Source: a virus (lineage: Duplodnaviria; Caudoviricetes). Taken from it: a stretch of 37,556 nt of DNA. This document shows positions 19,801 through 26,969 of this stretch, piece by piece. Position 1 is the stretch's first letter. Each line of letters starts with the position of its first letter. A program made the position numbers and the translations under genes. The notes under the pieces are model-generated. The model did not search any database. It was not told where the DNA came from and worked only from the letters and a program-made list of their open reading frames with translations. The stretch is taken from the IMG/VR virus record IMGVR_UViG_3300027892_000076, positions 1 to 37,556 of that record; one strand, written 5' to 3'.

Positions 19801-22800
19801 AATATGGCTTTAATTCTTCGTCATCTGGAGGTTCTGATAAATCAGAAACTGATTATAGCAGGTTTCGTCGTCCTACTTCTCCTACTGTTGATGCGGAAAT
19901 TATTCCTCCTCCATCTTCGCCTCCCCCACCTTCGCCACCTTCGCCACCTTCGCCACCTTCGACTCCTCCACCTGCACCACCTCCTCCACCTCCACGACCA
20001 AGCCCCCCTCTTCCTCCAGAGCCCTTATCAGATGTAACTCGTAGAGAACTTTATCTAAAGAAGCAATTAACAGGACTTTCTAACGAACAGATAAAAACTC
20101 TTTTATCGAAAGAAAGATTAGGTCCAACTGGAAGAACACAAGATATTAATTACTTACGTGATATTTTATCTTCAAAATCATACACTTCAGGTGGGGGTGT
20201 TGATCAGTCTGTTATCAATCAAACATTAGGACTTGCCAAATCAGGAACTTTAGGAACTGATTTTAATCAAAGTGTTAAAAATCTTGTTTTAAAAGGGAAA
20301 TCTTTAGAAGCCGCCTATGGAATAGCTTCTAGGAATTTAATTGCTTCTGGTGGAACAAGTAAACAACTTAATACGGCTCAATTAAAATACGCCTACTCAT
20401 TAGTTGATTTTGAAAAAGAAATAAAAGCACAAAAAGCTTCGCTTTCAAAAGAAATTCAAAATCAAAAATTATCTACAAAAGTTGATAAAGTTGGTATATC
20501 TGGTCTTACAAGAAAAGAAGGAGCGAGTTATTTTGCAGCTACAAGAGAAGGCGTATCGCAAGAATTATTTCCTGGTTATGATCCACAAGTCTTAGCTAAT
20601 GATAAAGAAGCTCAAAAACAAATTACCATAGCCGCTGCGCAAAAATATAAAAAATTAAGAATAGATGCAGATCAAGCAATAGCCGATAAAATTGGCGACG
20701 ATTATGCAATTGATCGTCAAAAAAATAAAGGACTTTTTAGTTTTGGAAATGAAATTGACAAAGCAGATACATATATACAAAATAATCCAACTCTTTCAAG
20801 AAGAGCCCAATCTTCCATAAGATCTCGCGCTCAAGGATTACAATCTATACGCGACAATAAAATATCTAATGCTGGATTTGCGGCATCAATAGCTCTTCCA
20901 TTACTTTCTGGATTCGTTCCAGAGAGAAGAGGTGGAACTACTGGCGGAATTGCTGGTGGTGCTGCGACCGGAGCTTTAAGTTTCGCTGGAACTGGTGCAT
21001 TAATTGGATCGGCAATTGCTCCCGGACCAGTTGGAACTATAGCTGGTCTTGGTATTGGTGCAGTAGTTGGTGGTGTAATTGGAGCTATAGGAAAATTAAA
21101 AACAAGCTTTGAAGAGTTTGCAAGAGATATTGAAAATAATAATGCCGTTTTCGCAAGACAAATTGAAGCCGCAAATGGTTATGTTCAACTTCAACAAAGA
21201 ATAAATGATGCAATTGACTCTGGCGCAAACCCTAATGATATTAAAAATCTTCAAAAACAACAATTTGACTCCCTAAAAGGGATAAGAGATCCAGCCGTAA
21301 GAGAAGCATTACTAGCAGGTGGTTCTGATGTTAATAAGATTTTAGCTGCCGCAAGACCATTATCTGCGGGTGCTTCAAAAACCGCGCTTGCTGGCGATGT
21401 AGTGTCAAGTCTTACTAGCGCAAGGGGAGATAGCTTTTTATCTGGGAATTTTAGCCCAGAGTCAATTTCAAATGCTGCTCAGGCATTAGCTGCGGCAACT
21501 GATTTATCAAATAAAGAAACAAGCGAGGCTTTTTCAAGGTTTAGAGAGGTATTTGAAAACGATCCATTAAAAGCATTTAAGGAATTCGCACCATCATTAG
21601 GATTAAGCGCATCTCAGATTAAACAAACAGTTGACAAATTAAAGGACAGTCCTGATGATTTGGCATTTACTTTTAGAAATTACTTACAATATGTTGATGA
21701 GTTTAATAGTCAATTGAGTGAATCTGCTAAAAATACAGAAATAATTTCTAAGATAAGAATATCTGAAGTAAAAAATAATTTAATAGCACAGATTAACAGA
21801 CAGTCTGCGCTATCGGAAATATCTAGTTCATCTATTTCTCGTCAAAGAAAAAATGTAGGTTTAGCTTCGTTAAGTCTTCTTTCTGGACTAAGTGAACAAG
21901 ATAAAATAGCTAGAGCGGGTTCTATTAATCAAAGAGAAATACAAGATCAGGGTTCTATTGGGGCAAATCGCATAATTAGCCAGCTTCAATCTTCTTTAGC
22001 GACGGTATCTGGATCTGGAAAAGCTAATTTTACTAGCGACTCATTTAAGCAAATAGAAAGTATTTCATCTACAGAAGATATAAATAAATTAATTGATACA
22101 ATTGGAAAGGGCAACAAAGAAGTTGCAGACTTACTTAGAGATGCTTCCCTTCAATTAGAAATTAATGCCGCAACAACTAAAGCTAGTTTAGACGAAGATA
22201 GAATTCAGACAAAAATAATGTCTGTTCAGTCCAAGGTTGAACAAAGAAATAGAGTTTTAGCTAATTCTACTTTCAATCCTGATACAATTCAATCATTCAT
22301 TGAATCATCTATTCTTGGAAGAACAAAGGGTCCGTCTTCTTCGGCTTTTCAACTATCAAGTATATCAACACTTGATGCTTTGGGATTACCTGAGACAGAA
22401 AGATCTACTTTAGTCAAAGAAATACTAAGAACCTCATCCGCAAAAGAGACTTATGCAGAAATTCTTTCCTCTATAATTGGAGAGCAAGTAAAGTCAGATG
22501 AAGCATCTATAAGGAAAGCTGTAAATAAAATTGAATCTGGTGAATCATATGATCTGTCTTCTAAAATAGCTGCTGAAAGAATATCAAAAGGTATTGATGT
22601 AATAAAAAGCAGACCAGAAAATGATTTATTGGATTTAAGTAGTGGCAAAACTGATGTTAGAGCATTTGCTGCTCAAGGAAAAATATCTTTTGAGACAGGA
22701 ACTTTAGCAACTAAACTTGATCCTCTTGAAAATATAGAAACATACACAAGAATAACTGCTGATTTCTTTAAAGATAGATCTGGGAAAAGCACTTCTGAGT

Positions 22801-25800
22801 ATTTTGGAATTTTGTCTGCGGAGGCTCCAAAAGATCAATCAATAGAAACACTTAGGAAAAAAACTGAAATAGAAGGAAAAATTGAAATAGAGAAACAGAA
22901 ACTTAGAGAAATGGACAGCAGAAGACTGCAATCTACTCCTGTTGATTTTGGATATAAAAATCAATATCAGCCTCCGATTATTCCATTTAGTAATATTTCT
23001 TACGATGGTTTAATTCCTAATCCGCCGATTCCAAAATTAACTGCTGAAGAAAGAAGAGCATTTGAAGAAGATAAATTGTTTGCTGCTGTTAAAAGTTATT
23101 CCACCGAATCTCGTAAGATTGACGAGGGACTTGGATTAACACCTAAACCTAAGCAAGACAGTTTAGCTGACTTTAGAGATTCTTTAAAAAATAAAGATGC
23201 AACTAAACCAGTAGAGGGCGTTAATCTTAATCTTAAAGAAATTGACTCAGCTTTATTAAGATTTGCTGTTTCATTTACAGGAGTTCAAGAAAAAATAATA
23301 TCCAATACAAATGATAGGATACAAGATTTAGAATCACAAAAAAGAAAACTAGAAATCTCTTTAGAAAAAACAAATAACTTTAGATTCTATAATCCTAATC
23401 TTCCATCAGGCCAATCTAAATTTGACCTATCAACTTATTTAAACGGAATAGGTCCAAACCCAAATAACTTTAATAATCCTAATCTTCCAAATAATCCAGC
23501 ATTTAGAGTTTCTGATGTTCCAGACTATAACGATGAAGAAGCTCAAAGAGAAATAGAGAAAGAAAAATTAAGAAATCAAATAGAAGATGCAAGAAAAAGA
23601 GCAAGAACTAATTCTGAAGCAGAATTAGAAGTTTCTAAGACTAAAGAATCTTTATATGATAGACAATTAACTCAAGCTAGAGAAGATGGAGAAAGTCGTC
23701 TTACTATTCTTGATCTTGAAAGAAAGATTACAGGCGAAAGACTTAAACAAGCTAAAATAGAAGAAAGGTATGGTGATACGTTCAACCTTGCGATACAAGG
23801 AAAAATGCAAGAGGATTCTGGTAGTAAGAGTGATCGTGCAGCAAATGTAGCTAATGCTGTTTATGAGGAATTTAAAAGTAGACCAGTTTCTAGAGAACAA
23901 TTAGAAGATTCTAAGAACGCAGAATCTTTCTATAATCAAAGATTAACTGAAGCTAAAACAAATAGAGGAAGTCGTCTTGACATTCTTGCTATTGAAAGAA
24001 GGATTACAGACGAAAAACTTAGACAAGCTAAAATAGAAGAAAGGTCTGGTGCGACATTCGGACTTACGATAAAACAAAGAATGCAAGATGCCGCTGCTAG
24101 TATGAGCGATCTTTCAGATGTAGCTAATACTGTTTTTGATTCATTTGAAAGTAGAGCGGGTAATTCGTTTGGCGATTTCGTAACTGGAGCAAAAAATGCA
24201 AAAGATGCTTTCAGGGACTTTATAGGAGGAGTATTGAATGATACCGCAAGAGCATTTGCATCTAAAGCTGTTCAGCAGTTTATTGGTGCTGGATTTCAAG
24301 CTGCTGGAGTTGTCTCTCCCTTTGCGGCAGGTGGACCTGTTAAGAAATATGCGGGTGGACCTATTCAAAAATATGCTTCTGGTGGATCTGTTCAAGCCTT
24401 ATTAACTAAGGGTGAATACTACATATCACCAGATTCTGCTAATGCTATTGGAAGAGAAACTCTTGATTCCATAAATAATGGAACAATGAAAAAATATGCC
24501 TCTGGAGGCAAAGTTTTCGGCGGAATGAATTTCGTTGTTAACGATGGTTCAGGAATAAAAGATGACGTTGCTGCTACTCTTCAGTCTGGCGGCTATGTAA
24601 TCAAGAAAAGTTCTGTTGAAAAATATGGTCAAGATTATATCAAAAGTTTAGCCGAAGGCAAAGTTCAGAAGCGTATTATTGGTGGTATACTAATTGGCAT
24701 GGCCATTGGTGCTGCCGTTGGTGGTGTGGTTGGTTATGCGACTGGGGGCAAAAAAGGCGCAATAACTGGGGCTATTATTGGTGGTATTGCGGGTGGCATT
24801 GGTGGATATCTATATGGTGCGCCTGGTGCTGGAGGCTCCGTAAGTTCTGGAAGTTCTGGAAGTTCTGGAAGTTCTGGAGTTTCTGTAAATTCCCCTTCCG
24901 CTGGTGTTGGCGTTGGTCCTGGATCTACACCTTCATCAGCTACTTCTTTCGGGGTGGTTGGTCAAGGTTCAAGTGTTGCTGGTGGAAATTCCTTGAGTAA
25001 TTTTTCATACGGTAGTGAAGGCAGCTTCGCCTCGATGGGAGGTGGTCAAGCTGCCATTAGCGCGGGTCAAGTTACTGCATTTCCTGCTGCTGGAGCACCT
25101 GCATATGCAGCGAGTGCTGCGACACCTGCATATTCGCTTAAGGGTGCTTTAGCAAGCGTAGGTATAGCTACCGCTCTTGGTTTTGGTGCTCAAGCTCTTC
25201 AGCCTAAAATTAAATCAAGTTCAACAGCTTCTATCCCTGCTGGCGCTCAATTAAGAACAGAGTCGGAAATGAAAGATGGCGAATTTGCATTCTTAGAGGA
25301 AAATCCTCAAGGCGGATACACTCTTGCTGGATATGCAGGGGCTCCAGCTACAAGAAGATATTCAAGGGGCGGCATGGTTTCCAATGAAGTACCTTTGGCT
25401 TCTGCTCTAAGTAAATATGCAAATGGTGGGAAAGTTTCATCAAGTGTATCTTTAGCTTCTTTGAAACCAGTTTCAAACAGGTTCCAAGAAAACAATGAAA
25501 TATTTAAGCAAATTTCAAGTAGAAATAATAACGGAACCTTATCAGATATGTCTATGGCATCTATTTCTAATAAGTATTCAAATGGGAATAAAATGGTTTC
25601 TAATGATATGCCCATAGCTTCTGCACTAAATAAATATGCAGATGGTGGAGAAGTTTCATCAAGTGTATCTTTAGCTTCTATGTCTAATAACTATTCAAGT
25701 AGTGGAAAGACACCCTTGGCTTCTATTTCTAATAAAAATAGTAACGGAATGTTATCAGAAATGTCTATGGCATCCATGTCTAATAAGTATTCAAATGGCA

Positions 25801-26189
25801 ATCAGATGATTTCAGATGTATCTATTCCATCAACATATAAGAGATATGCAAATGGTGGAGAAGTTTCATCAAGTGTATCTTTAGCTTCTTCTTTCAATAG
25901 ATATGCAGAAGGTGGAGAGGTTTCAGATACTCCTTCGCCAGTTTCCATATCTAAATCAGAAAATTCTACTCAGAATATTGTATCAAGTCCATCTGTTTAT
26001 ATTAAGATTGATATAAATAATAATGGACAAATGTCTTCTGAAACCAAAGAAGATAAGGGTAAGGATTCACCATTTGGCGAAGATTTTGGTCAAAAACTAT
26101 CTCGTCAAGTAAGAGATATAGTTAAAGATGAAATGACTCAACAATCTCGCGTTGGTGGAGTGAATAGTCAAATAAGAAGGACTAAATAA
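13854..26189 (+). CDS. Giant tail tape measure protein (4111 aa) with internal enzymatic cargo domains
   Basis: N-terminal TP901-type TMP core (EKALLDINSVLG...FSRQGLG...DLAEALSRVGSTA...IGNAFKTIFTR), coiled coils, Gly-zipper hydrophobic segments and C-terminal 'YAxGG' and 'LTKGEY' TMP motifs. Canonical position between chaperones and the gpM-like gene. Confidence 0.92.
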   Translation: MATPSVTLSARIETAPILKQIRELEKTQKLNFQINERSALAPLGRIRTGVDQVGNSLDAANQRVLTFGASAFALGGTVRIFNEIVSSTIKVEKALLDINSVLGLSSKDLSSFKRELFDVARNASQSFDAAAKAALEFSRQGLGAEETVKRVNSALILSRLSGLDAASAVDSLTSAINGFSKEGLTSTQVINRLVAVDTKFAVSTKDLAEALSRVGSTAQDSGVTFNKLLGIITSAQQITARGGAVIGNAFKTIFTRIQRPEVLDQLESFGIAVRDLSGEALSADRILENLGGTFDSLTKSQQQVVGELSAGIYQINQFRAIITDLARSYSVVEQATYAASSATVEAQKRNESLNKSLDSLIQNFKTSASEIGDSVGKITIAPLLEEILSGNKIITSFLDSFRGAGKDPEIQNAGEAIASGLLKGIGNVISGPGLVTIGTLLTTVLSKTFSVIRDDVVGLFPGRNKELEAIRGLNVLLASASSQDKTRLSLVTGIVEKEKIILEILAKQNALRAAQNTQQAKEIYSLGKTSPSAVKQLRSLGKTGSFASGYSPIQQEMSAIKKGVGGASPSAKPVVMPNFNFGNGKRGTAVVNTDEYVVPNYAFGGTAVFNKNMVKKMGLPSGARKINAAGGFVPNFAPKMTTLYRGMASRFGMEDSSKFKSAAYAGNWEGLGSIHRFKDLMDYLARSRNSTQPGIVPTTTSFKQGLKFMEVDGVKPKKFSELNFGDQLGASKSGDNQALMVDQIRSNRIYSDPQKLEKLFNRLGSEKFMQVASGGKIGVSSDLLKRYFKSIGNKDVSDMIETFSSEKEVSLFNSLSDKARLYSPKGNIFPKYKHPFGDVSIASGHIPNFAKKTPFESQFEMLNKLGRGSYKDIYNVAALNSVQGDLFEDKFSGMGLIKGIDPKELVLSVLRRKNKDFDKLRALNTSGAFAPQIFDTGKVTIGGRKKEAALIERLQLIEYPEIRRMLPGRNEISVQSNIAKVLTNYLKPYLEGSRNSGFAGQYAGDLRIDNLGVTKSGDLGAVTDILAELGESTGKPGPYELRRAGQAFNQGLRVLDAGYLRPKGMADGFVPNFANERFIKSGVAEELASGVEGTGYRLGDSNLVTKKYNNLSALRSEYILSKMLANEKVAGMEFLAPVGSLKRSLERGYTAKPKASNVNYLRTLEESGANSGIITLLSRIIDNTATKAIDPILTKNLFGARADIHSGNYGINERGKKIFDNIIGVGKNRSKQRNSEIFKKLSDSIISRKGFADNFLSKIEKAGGKIEIFDPAYFSTSYIGESNARFIDKYKLGKKQSSFPDFLTPELAGGHIPNFANMRLPRAQLADLLKSKKFQSIYYTKKNGESANYNAAQWRVNQDQLVGADAPKAYESWTDYDEKTNSIVLNSLKEGQGKATPRRFLLDNISRVRANGNTYDVFANGYIPNFSDPLRSAISREVAAGVSLKDIYIDNDNRVKSSSNPMGLLVANRRDEPFDGSQGVSRALKEGINPRTYGAANGFVPNFAEFDKLTSRTPSKMVGTKTKDVFGNVINYAEVMDIGGGQTSAQLRSLFRSLRQEGTNSVDAFKKTTKEIIDLSQSANLVGKSLEEIKTKIGVAGKKLVTNLTIAGATRAAELKQADQDQAKYKTELAAQEARSKVLAQQFAQGKKELPETVTPSISAAEKARSEQTARIQNLTPQTIQAQKEQMFAAISRSNAIYPSPSIKDSQVKEAYKVINAEQDAKDEIKKAQDAAQDARRRILSQQFKEGESELLRQVNLKPSAQEIARNKQIRKIQNLTPQAIQAQKEKMFAAIDKSNFIPKTPALTEEEIIQSLQATQEPVRIYRNGVLSSGNNIPKLSYVPGSYRSPNSALVPYNPASGPSPESGLLPSYPFSSQFSNDLINRRVRREKNVTPGFSIPLPTSSNFSVGDRRSGGAGRVNTGNGPIIDAEEVIPNFRTTIKKVTDAIMGAGIAGAIGVGLSGGGSAGPMIGAAGAIFGGIGGYKYGFNSSSSGGSDKSETDYSRFRRPTSPTVDAEIIPPPSSPPPPSPPSPPSPPSTPPPAPPPPPPRPSPPLPPEPLSDVTRRELYLKKQLTGLSNEQIKTLLSKERLGPTGRTQDINYLRDILSSKSYTSGGGVDQSVINQTLGLAKSGTLGTDFNQSVKNLVLKGKSLEAAYGIASRNLIASGGTSKQLNTAQLKYAYSLVDFEKEIKAQKASLSKEIQNQKLSTKVDKVGISGLTRKEGASYFAATREGVSQELFPGYDPQVLANDKEAQKQITIAAAQKYKKLRIDADQAIADKIGDDYAIDRQKNKGLFSFGNEIDKADTYIQNNPTLSRRAQSSIRSRAQGLQSIRDNKISNAGFAASIALPLLSGFVPERRGGTTGGIAGGAATGALSFAGTGALIGSAIAPGPVGTIAGLGIGAVVGGVIGAIGKLKTSFEEFARDIENNNAVFARQIEAANGYVQLQQRINDAIDSGANPNDIKNLQKQQFDSLKGIRDPAVREALLAGGSDVNKILAAARPLSAGASKTALAGDVVSSLTSARGDSFLSGNFSPESISNAAQALAAATDLSNKETSEAFSRFREVFENDPLKAFKEFAPSLGLSASQIKQTVDKLKDSPDDLAFTFRNYLQYVDEFNSQLSESAKNTEIISKIRISEVKNNLIAQINRQSALSEISSSSISRQRKNVGLASLSLLSGLSEQDKIARAGSINQREIQDQGSIGANRIISQLQSSLATVSGSGKANFTSDSFKQIESISSTEDINKLIDTIGKGNKEVADLLRDASLQLEINAATTKASLDEDRIQTKIMSVQSKVEQRNRVLANSTFNPDTIQSFIESSILGRTKGPSSSAFQLSSISTLDALGLPETERSTLVKEILRTSSAKETYAEILSSIIGEQVKSDEASIRKAVNKIESGESYDLSSKIAAERISKGIDVIKSRPENDLLDLSSGKTDVRAFAAQGKISFETGTLATKLDPLENIETYTRITADFFKDRSGKSTSEYFGILSAEAPKDQSIETLRKKTEIEGKIEIEKQKLREMDSRRLQSTPVDFGYKNQYQPPIIPFSNISYDGLIPNPPIPKLTAEERRAFEEDKLFAAVKSYSTESRKIDEGLGLTPKPKQDSLADFRDSLKNKDATKPVEGVNLNLKEIDSALLRFAVSFTGVQEKIISNTNDRIQDLESQKRKLEISLEKTNNFRFYNPNLPSGQSKFDLSTYLNGIGPNPNNFNNPNLPNNPAFRVSDVPDYNDEEAQREIEKEKLRNQIEDARKRARTNSEAELEVSKTKESLYDRQLTQAREDGESRLTILDLERKITGERLKQAKIEERYGDTFNLAIQGKMQEDSGSKSDRAANVANAVYEEFKSRPVSREQLEDSKNAESFYNQRLTEAKTNRGSRLDILAIERRITDEKLRQAKIEERSGATFGLTIKQRMQDAAASMSDLSDVANTVFDSFESRAGNSFGDFVTGAKNAKDAFRDFIGGVLNDTARAFASKAVQQFIGAGFQAAGVVSPFAAGGPVKKYAGGPIQKYASGGSVQALLTKGEYYISPDSANAIGRETLDSINNGTMKKYASGGKVFGGMNFVVNDGSGIKDDVAATLQSGGYVIKKSSVEKYGQDYIKSLAEGKVQKRIIGGILIGMAIGAAVGGVVGYATGGKKGAITGAIIGGIAGGIGGYLYGAPGAGGSVSSGSSGSSGSSGVSVNSPSAGVGVGPGSTPSSATSFGVVGQGSSVAGGNSLSNFSYGSEGSFASMGGGQAAISAGQVTAFPAAGAPAYAASAATPAYSLKGALASVGIATALGFGAQALQPKIKSSSTASIPAGAQLRTESEMKDGEFAFLEENPQGGYTLAGYAGAPATRRYSRGGMVSNEVPLASALSKYANGGKVSSSVSLASLKPVSNRFQENNEIFKQISSRNNNGTLSDMSMASISNKYSNGNKMVSNDMPIASALNKYADGGEVSSSVSLASMSNNYSSSGKTPLASISNKNSNGMLSEMSMASMSNKYSNGNQMISDVSIPSTYKRYANGGEVSSSVSLASSFNRYAEGGEVSDTPSPVSISKSENSTQNIVSSPSVYIKIDINNNGQMSSETKEDKGKDSPFGEDFGQKLSRQVRDIVKDEMTQQSRVGGVNSQIRRTK
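15765..16376 (+). other. TMP cargo domain 1: ADP-ribosyltransferase-like (R-S-E clade)
   Basis: TTLYRGM (R at 15786), IVPTTTS...GLKF (15936), SSEKEVSL (E-x-E at 16269-16277), in canonical order. Confidence 0.7.
16404..17048 (+). other. TMP cargo domain 2: protein-kinase-like fold
   Basis: KLGRGSYKDIY Gly-loop (16446), APQIFD, ALIERL hinge, GDLRIDNLG catalytic loop (16866), RVLDAG DFG-equivalent (17019). Confidence 0.7.
17076..17774 (+). other. TMP cargo domain 3: second protein-kinase-like fold
   Basis: ELASGVEGTGY Gly-loop (17112), LVTKK beta3 Lys (17169), SEY helix-C Glu, ADIHSGNYG catalytic loop (17460), IEIFDP (17661). Confidence 0.7.
17802..18107 (+). other. TMP cargo domain 4: WYL/Sm-like SH3 beta-barrel
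   Basis: FQSIYYTKKNGE...IVLNSL...RRFLLDNISRVRANGNTYDV resembles the F/Y-x-K-K-D/N-G ... R-x-F-x-x-D-x-I pattern of small phage WYL-like proteins. Confidence 0.55.
18744..19250 (+). repeat. Internal duplication in TMP, 303-nt (101-aa) period
   Basis: IQNLTPQTIQAQKEQMFAAI (18867) vs IQNLTPQAIQAQKEKMFAAI (19170); ATTCAAAATTTAACTCCACA is identical in both. Confidence 0.9.
19905..20024 (+). repeat. Polyproline tract in TMP including (CCACCTTCG)x4
   Basis: PPPSSPPPPSPPSPPSPPSTPPPAPPPPPPRPSPPLPPEP; perfect 9-bp tandem at 19926-19961. Confidence 0.95.
23634..24150 (+). repeat. Internal duplication in TMP, 276-nt (92-aa) period
   Basis: SRLTILDLERKITGERLKQAKIEER vs SRLDILAIERRITDEKLRQAKIEER; CAAGCTAAAATAGAAGAAAGG at 23748 and 24024. 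Confidence 0.9.
24843..24878 (+). repeat. (AGTTCTGGA)x4 tandem encoding (SSG)4 linker
   Basis: Read directly from sequence. Confidence 0.9.
25350..25925 (+). repeat. C-terminal Ser-rich degenerate repeats of TMP ([KR]Y[AS]xGG.VSSSVSLAS)
   Basis: The 29-bp AAGTTTCATCAAGTGTATCTTTAGCTTCT is identical at 25432, 25651 and 25861; KYSNG, KYADGG, RYANGG and RYAEGG recur. Confidence 0.9.
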
Positions 26190-26216
26190 AGTGTATTAAA
26201 GTAAAAGGATTAAGGC

Positions 26217-26969
26217 ATGGCAGTTCAAAATATATTTTTTCCATATTCAAGTTCAGCAAATTACAAGAAATTCGATGTAATTAGAGGGACTTCGGTTTCT
26301 GATGCATATTATTTTTATGCAACTCAGGATTCATCGAATCAAAATCCAAATTCAATCTTTTCATATAATGTAACTTCTTACGTTACAGATGATAATAAAA
26401 CTACGGTTTTTTTTACAAAAACTGGTCTTGGTACTAATCTTGGTCCTAATTTCGCCGCAGGATCTTTGATAGCTGTTTCGGCAACATTTTTGGGAGAAGC
26501 TAATTTTACTGGAATGGCGATAAATGGTGGATCAGGTTTTGTAGAATTTATAAATGAAAGGCAATATGGTAATGGAGGGGCTGGAGGCTTAGTAAAAACT
26601 TCACTTAGTCATTCTTGGACAAGTGGTTTTATGTTTATTCCATCTTATTCTTCATCGCAAGAAATAAAAGCAAGAAAAAATGAAGCTAAATTTGGTGATG
26701 GATATTCTCAAAGACAAAGAGACGGATTAAATAGCGTAAATTATAATTGGAGATTAAACTTTGAAAATAGAAGTGATAGAGAAGCTAGAGCTATATCTAC
26801 TTTTGTGGAAGACAAAGCTGGTATAGAATGGTTTAATTTACTTATGCCAGTAAATAACTTGACAAATAATCCAAGTAATAGGTATATTGCTGACTCAGCA
26901 CAAATAACAACCAATTCATACAACTTAAACACAATATCTGTTGATATACAACAAGTATTCGATATATGA
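26217..26969 (+). CDS. Lambda gpM-like minor tail (distal tail) protein with N-terminal extension
   Basis: Signature AKFGDGYSQRQRDGLN...WRLNF...F; directly after the TMP. Confidence 0.85.
   Translation: MAVQNIFFPYSSSANYKKFDVIRGTSVSDAYYFYATQDSSNQNPNSIFSYNVTSYVTDDNKTTVFFTKTGLGTNLGPNFAAGSLIAVSATFLGEANFTGMAINGGSGFVEFINERQYGNGGAGGLVKTSLSHSWTSGFMFIPSYSSSQEIKARKNEAKFGDGYSQRQRDGLNSVNYNWRLNFENRSDREARAISTFVEDKAGIEWFNLLMPVNNLTNNPSNRYIADSAQITTNSYNLNTISVDIQQVFDI

Noticed and set aside
19771-20037. 88-aa alternative-frame ORF (LRHLRHLRH)
   Set aside because: Shadow of the polyproline and 9-bp tandem repeat within the TMP.
25432-25889. CRISPR-like array from three identical 29-bp repeats; also internal AGTGTA promoter copies
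   Set aside because: The periods of 219 and 210 nt are multiples of three, the intervening sequences are themselves homologous coding repeats, and there are no cas genes. AGTGTA here is explained by Ser-Val codons.
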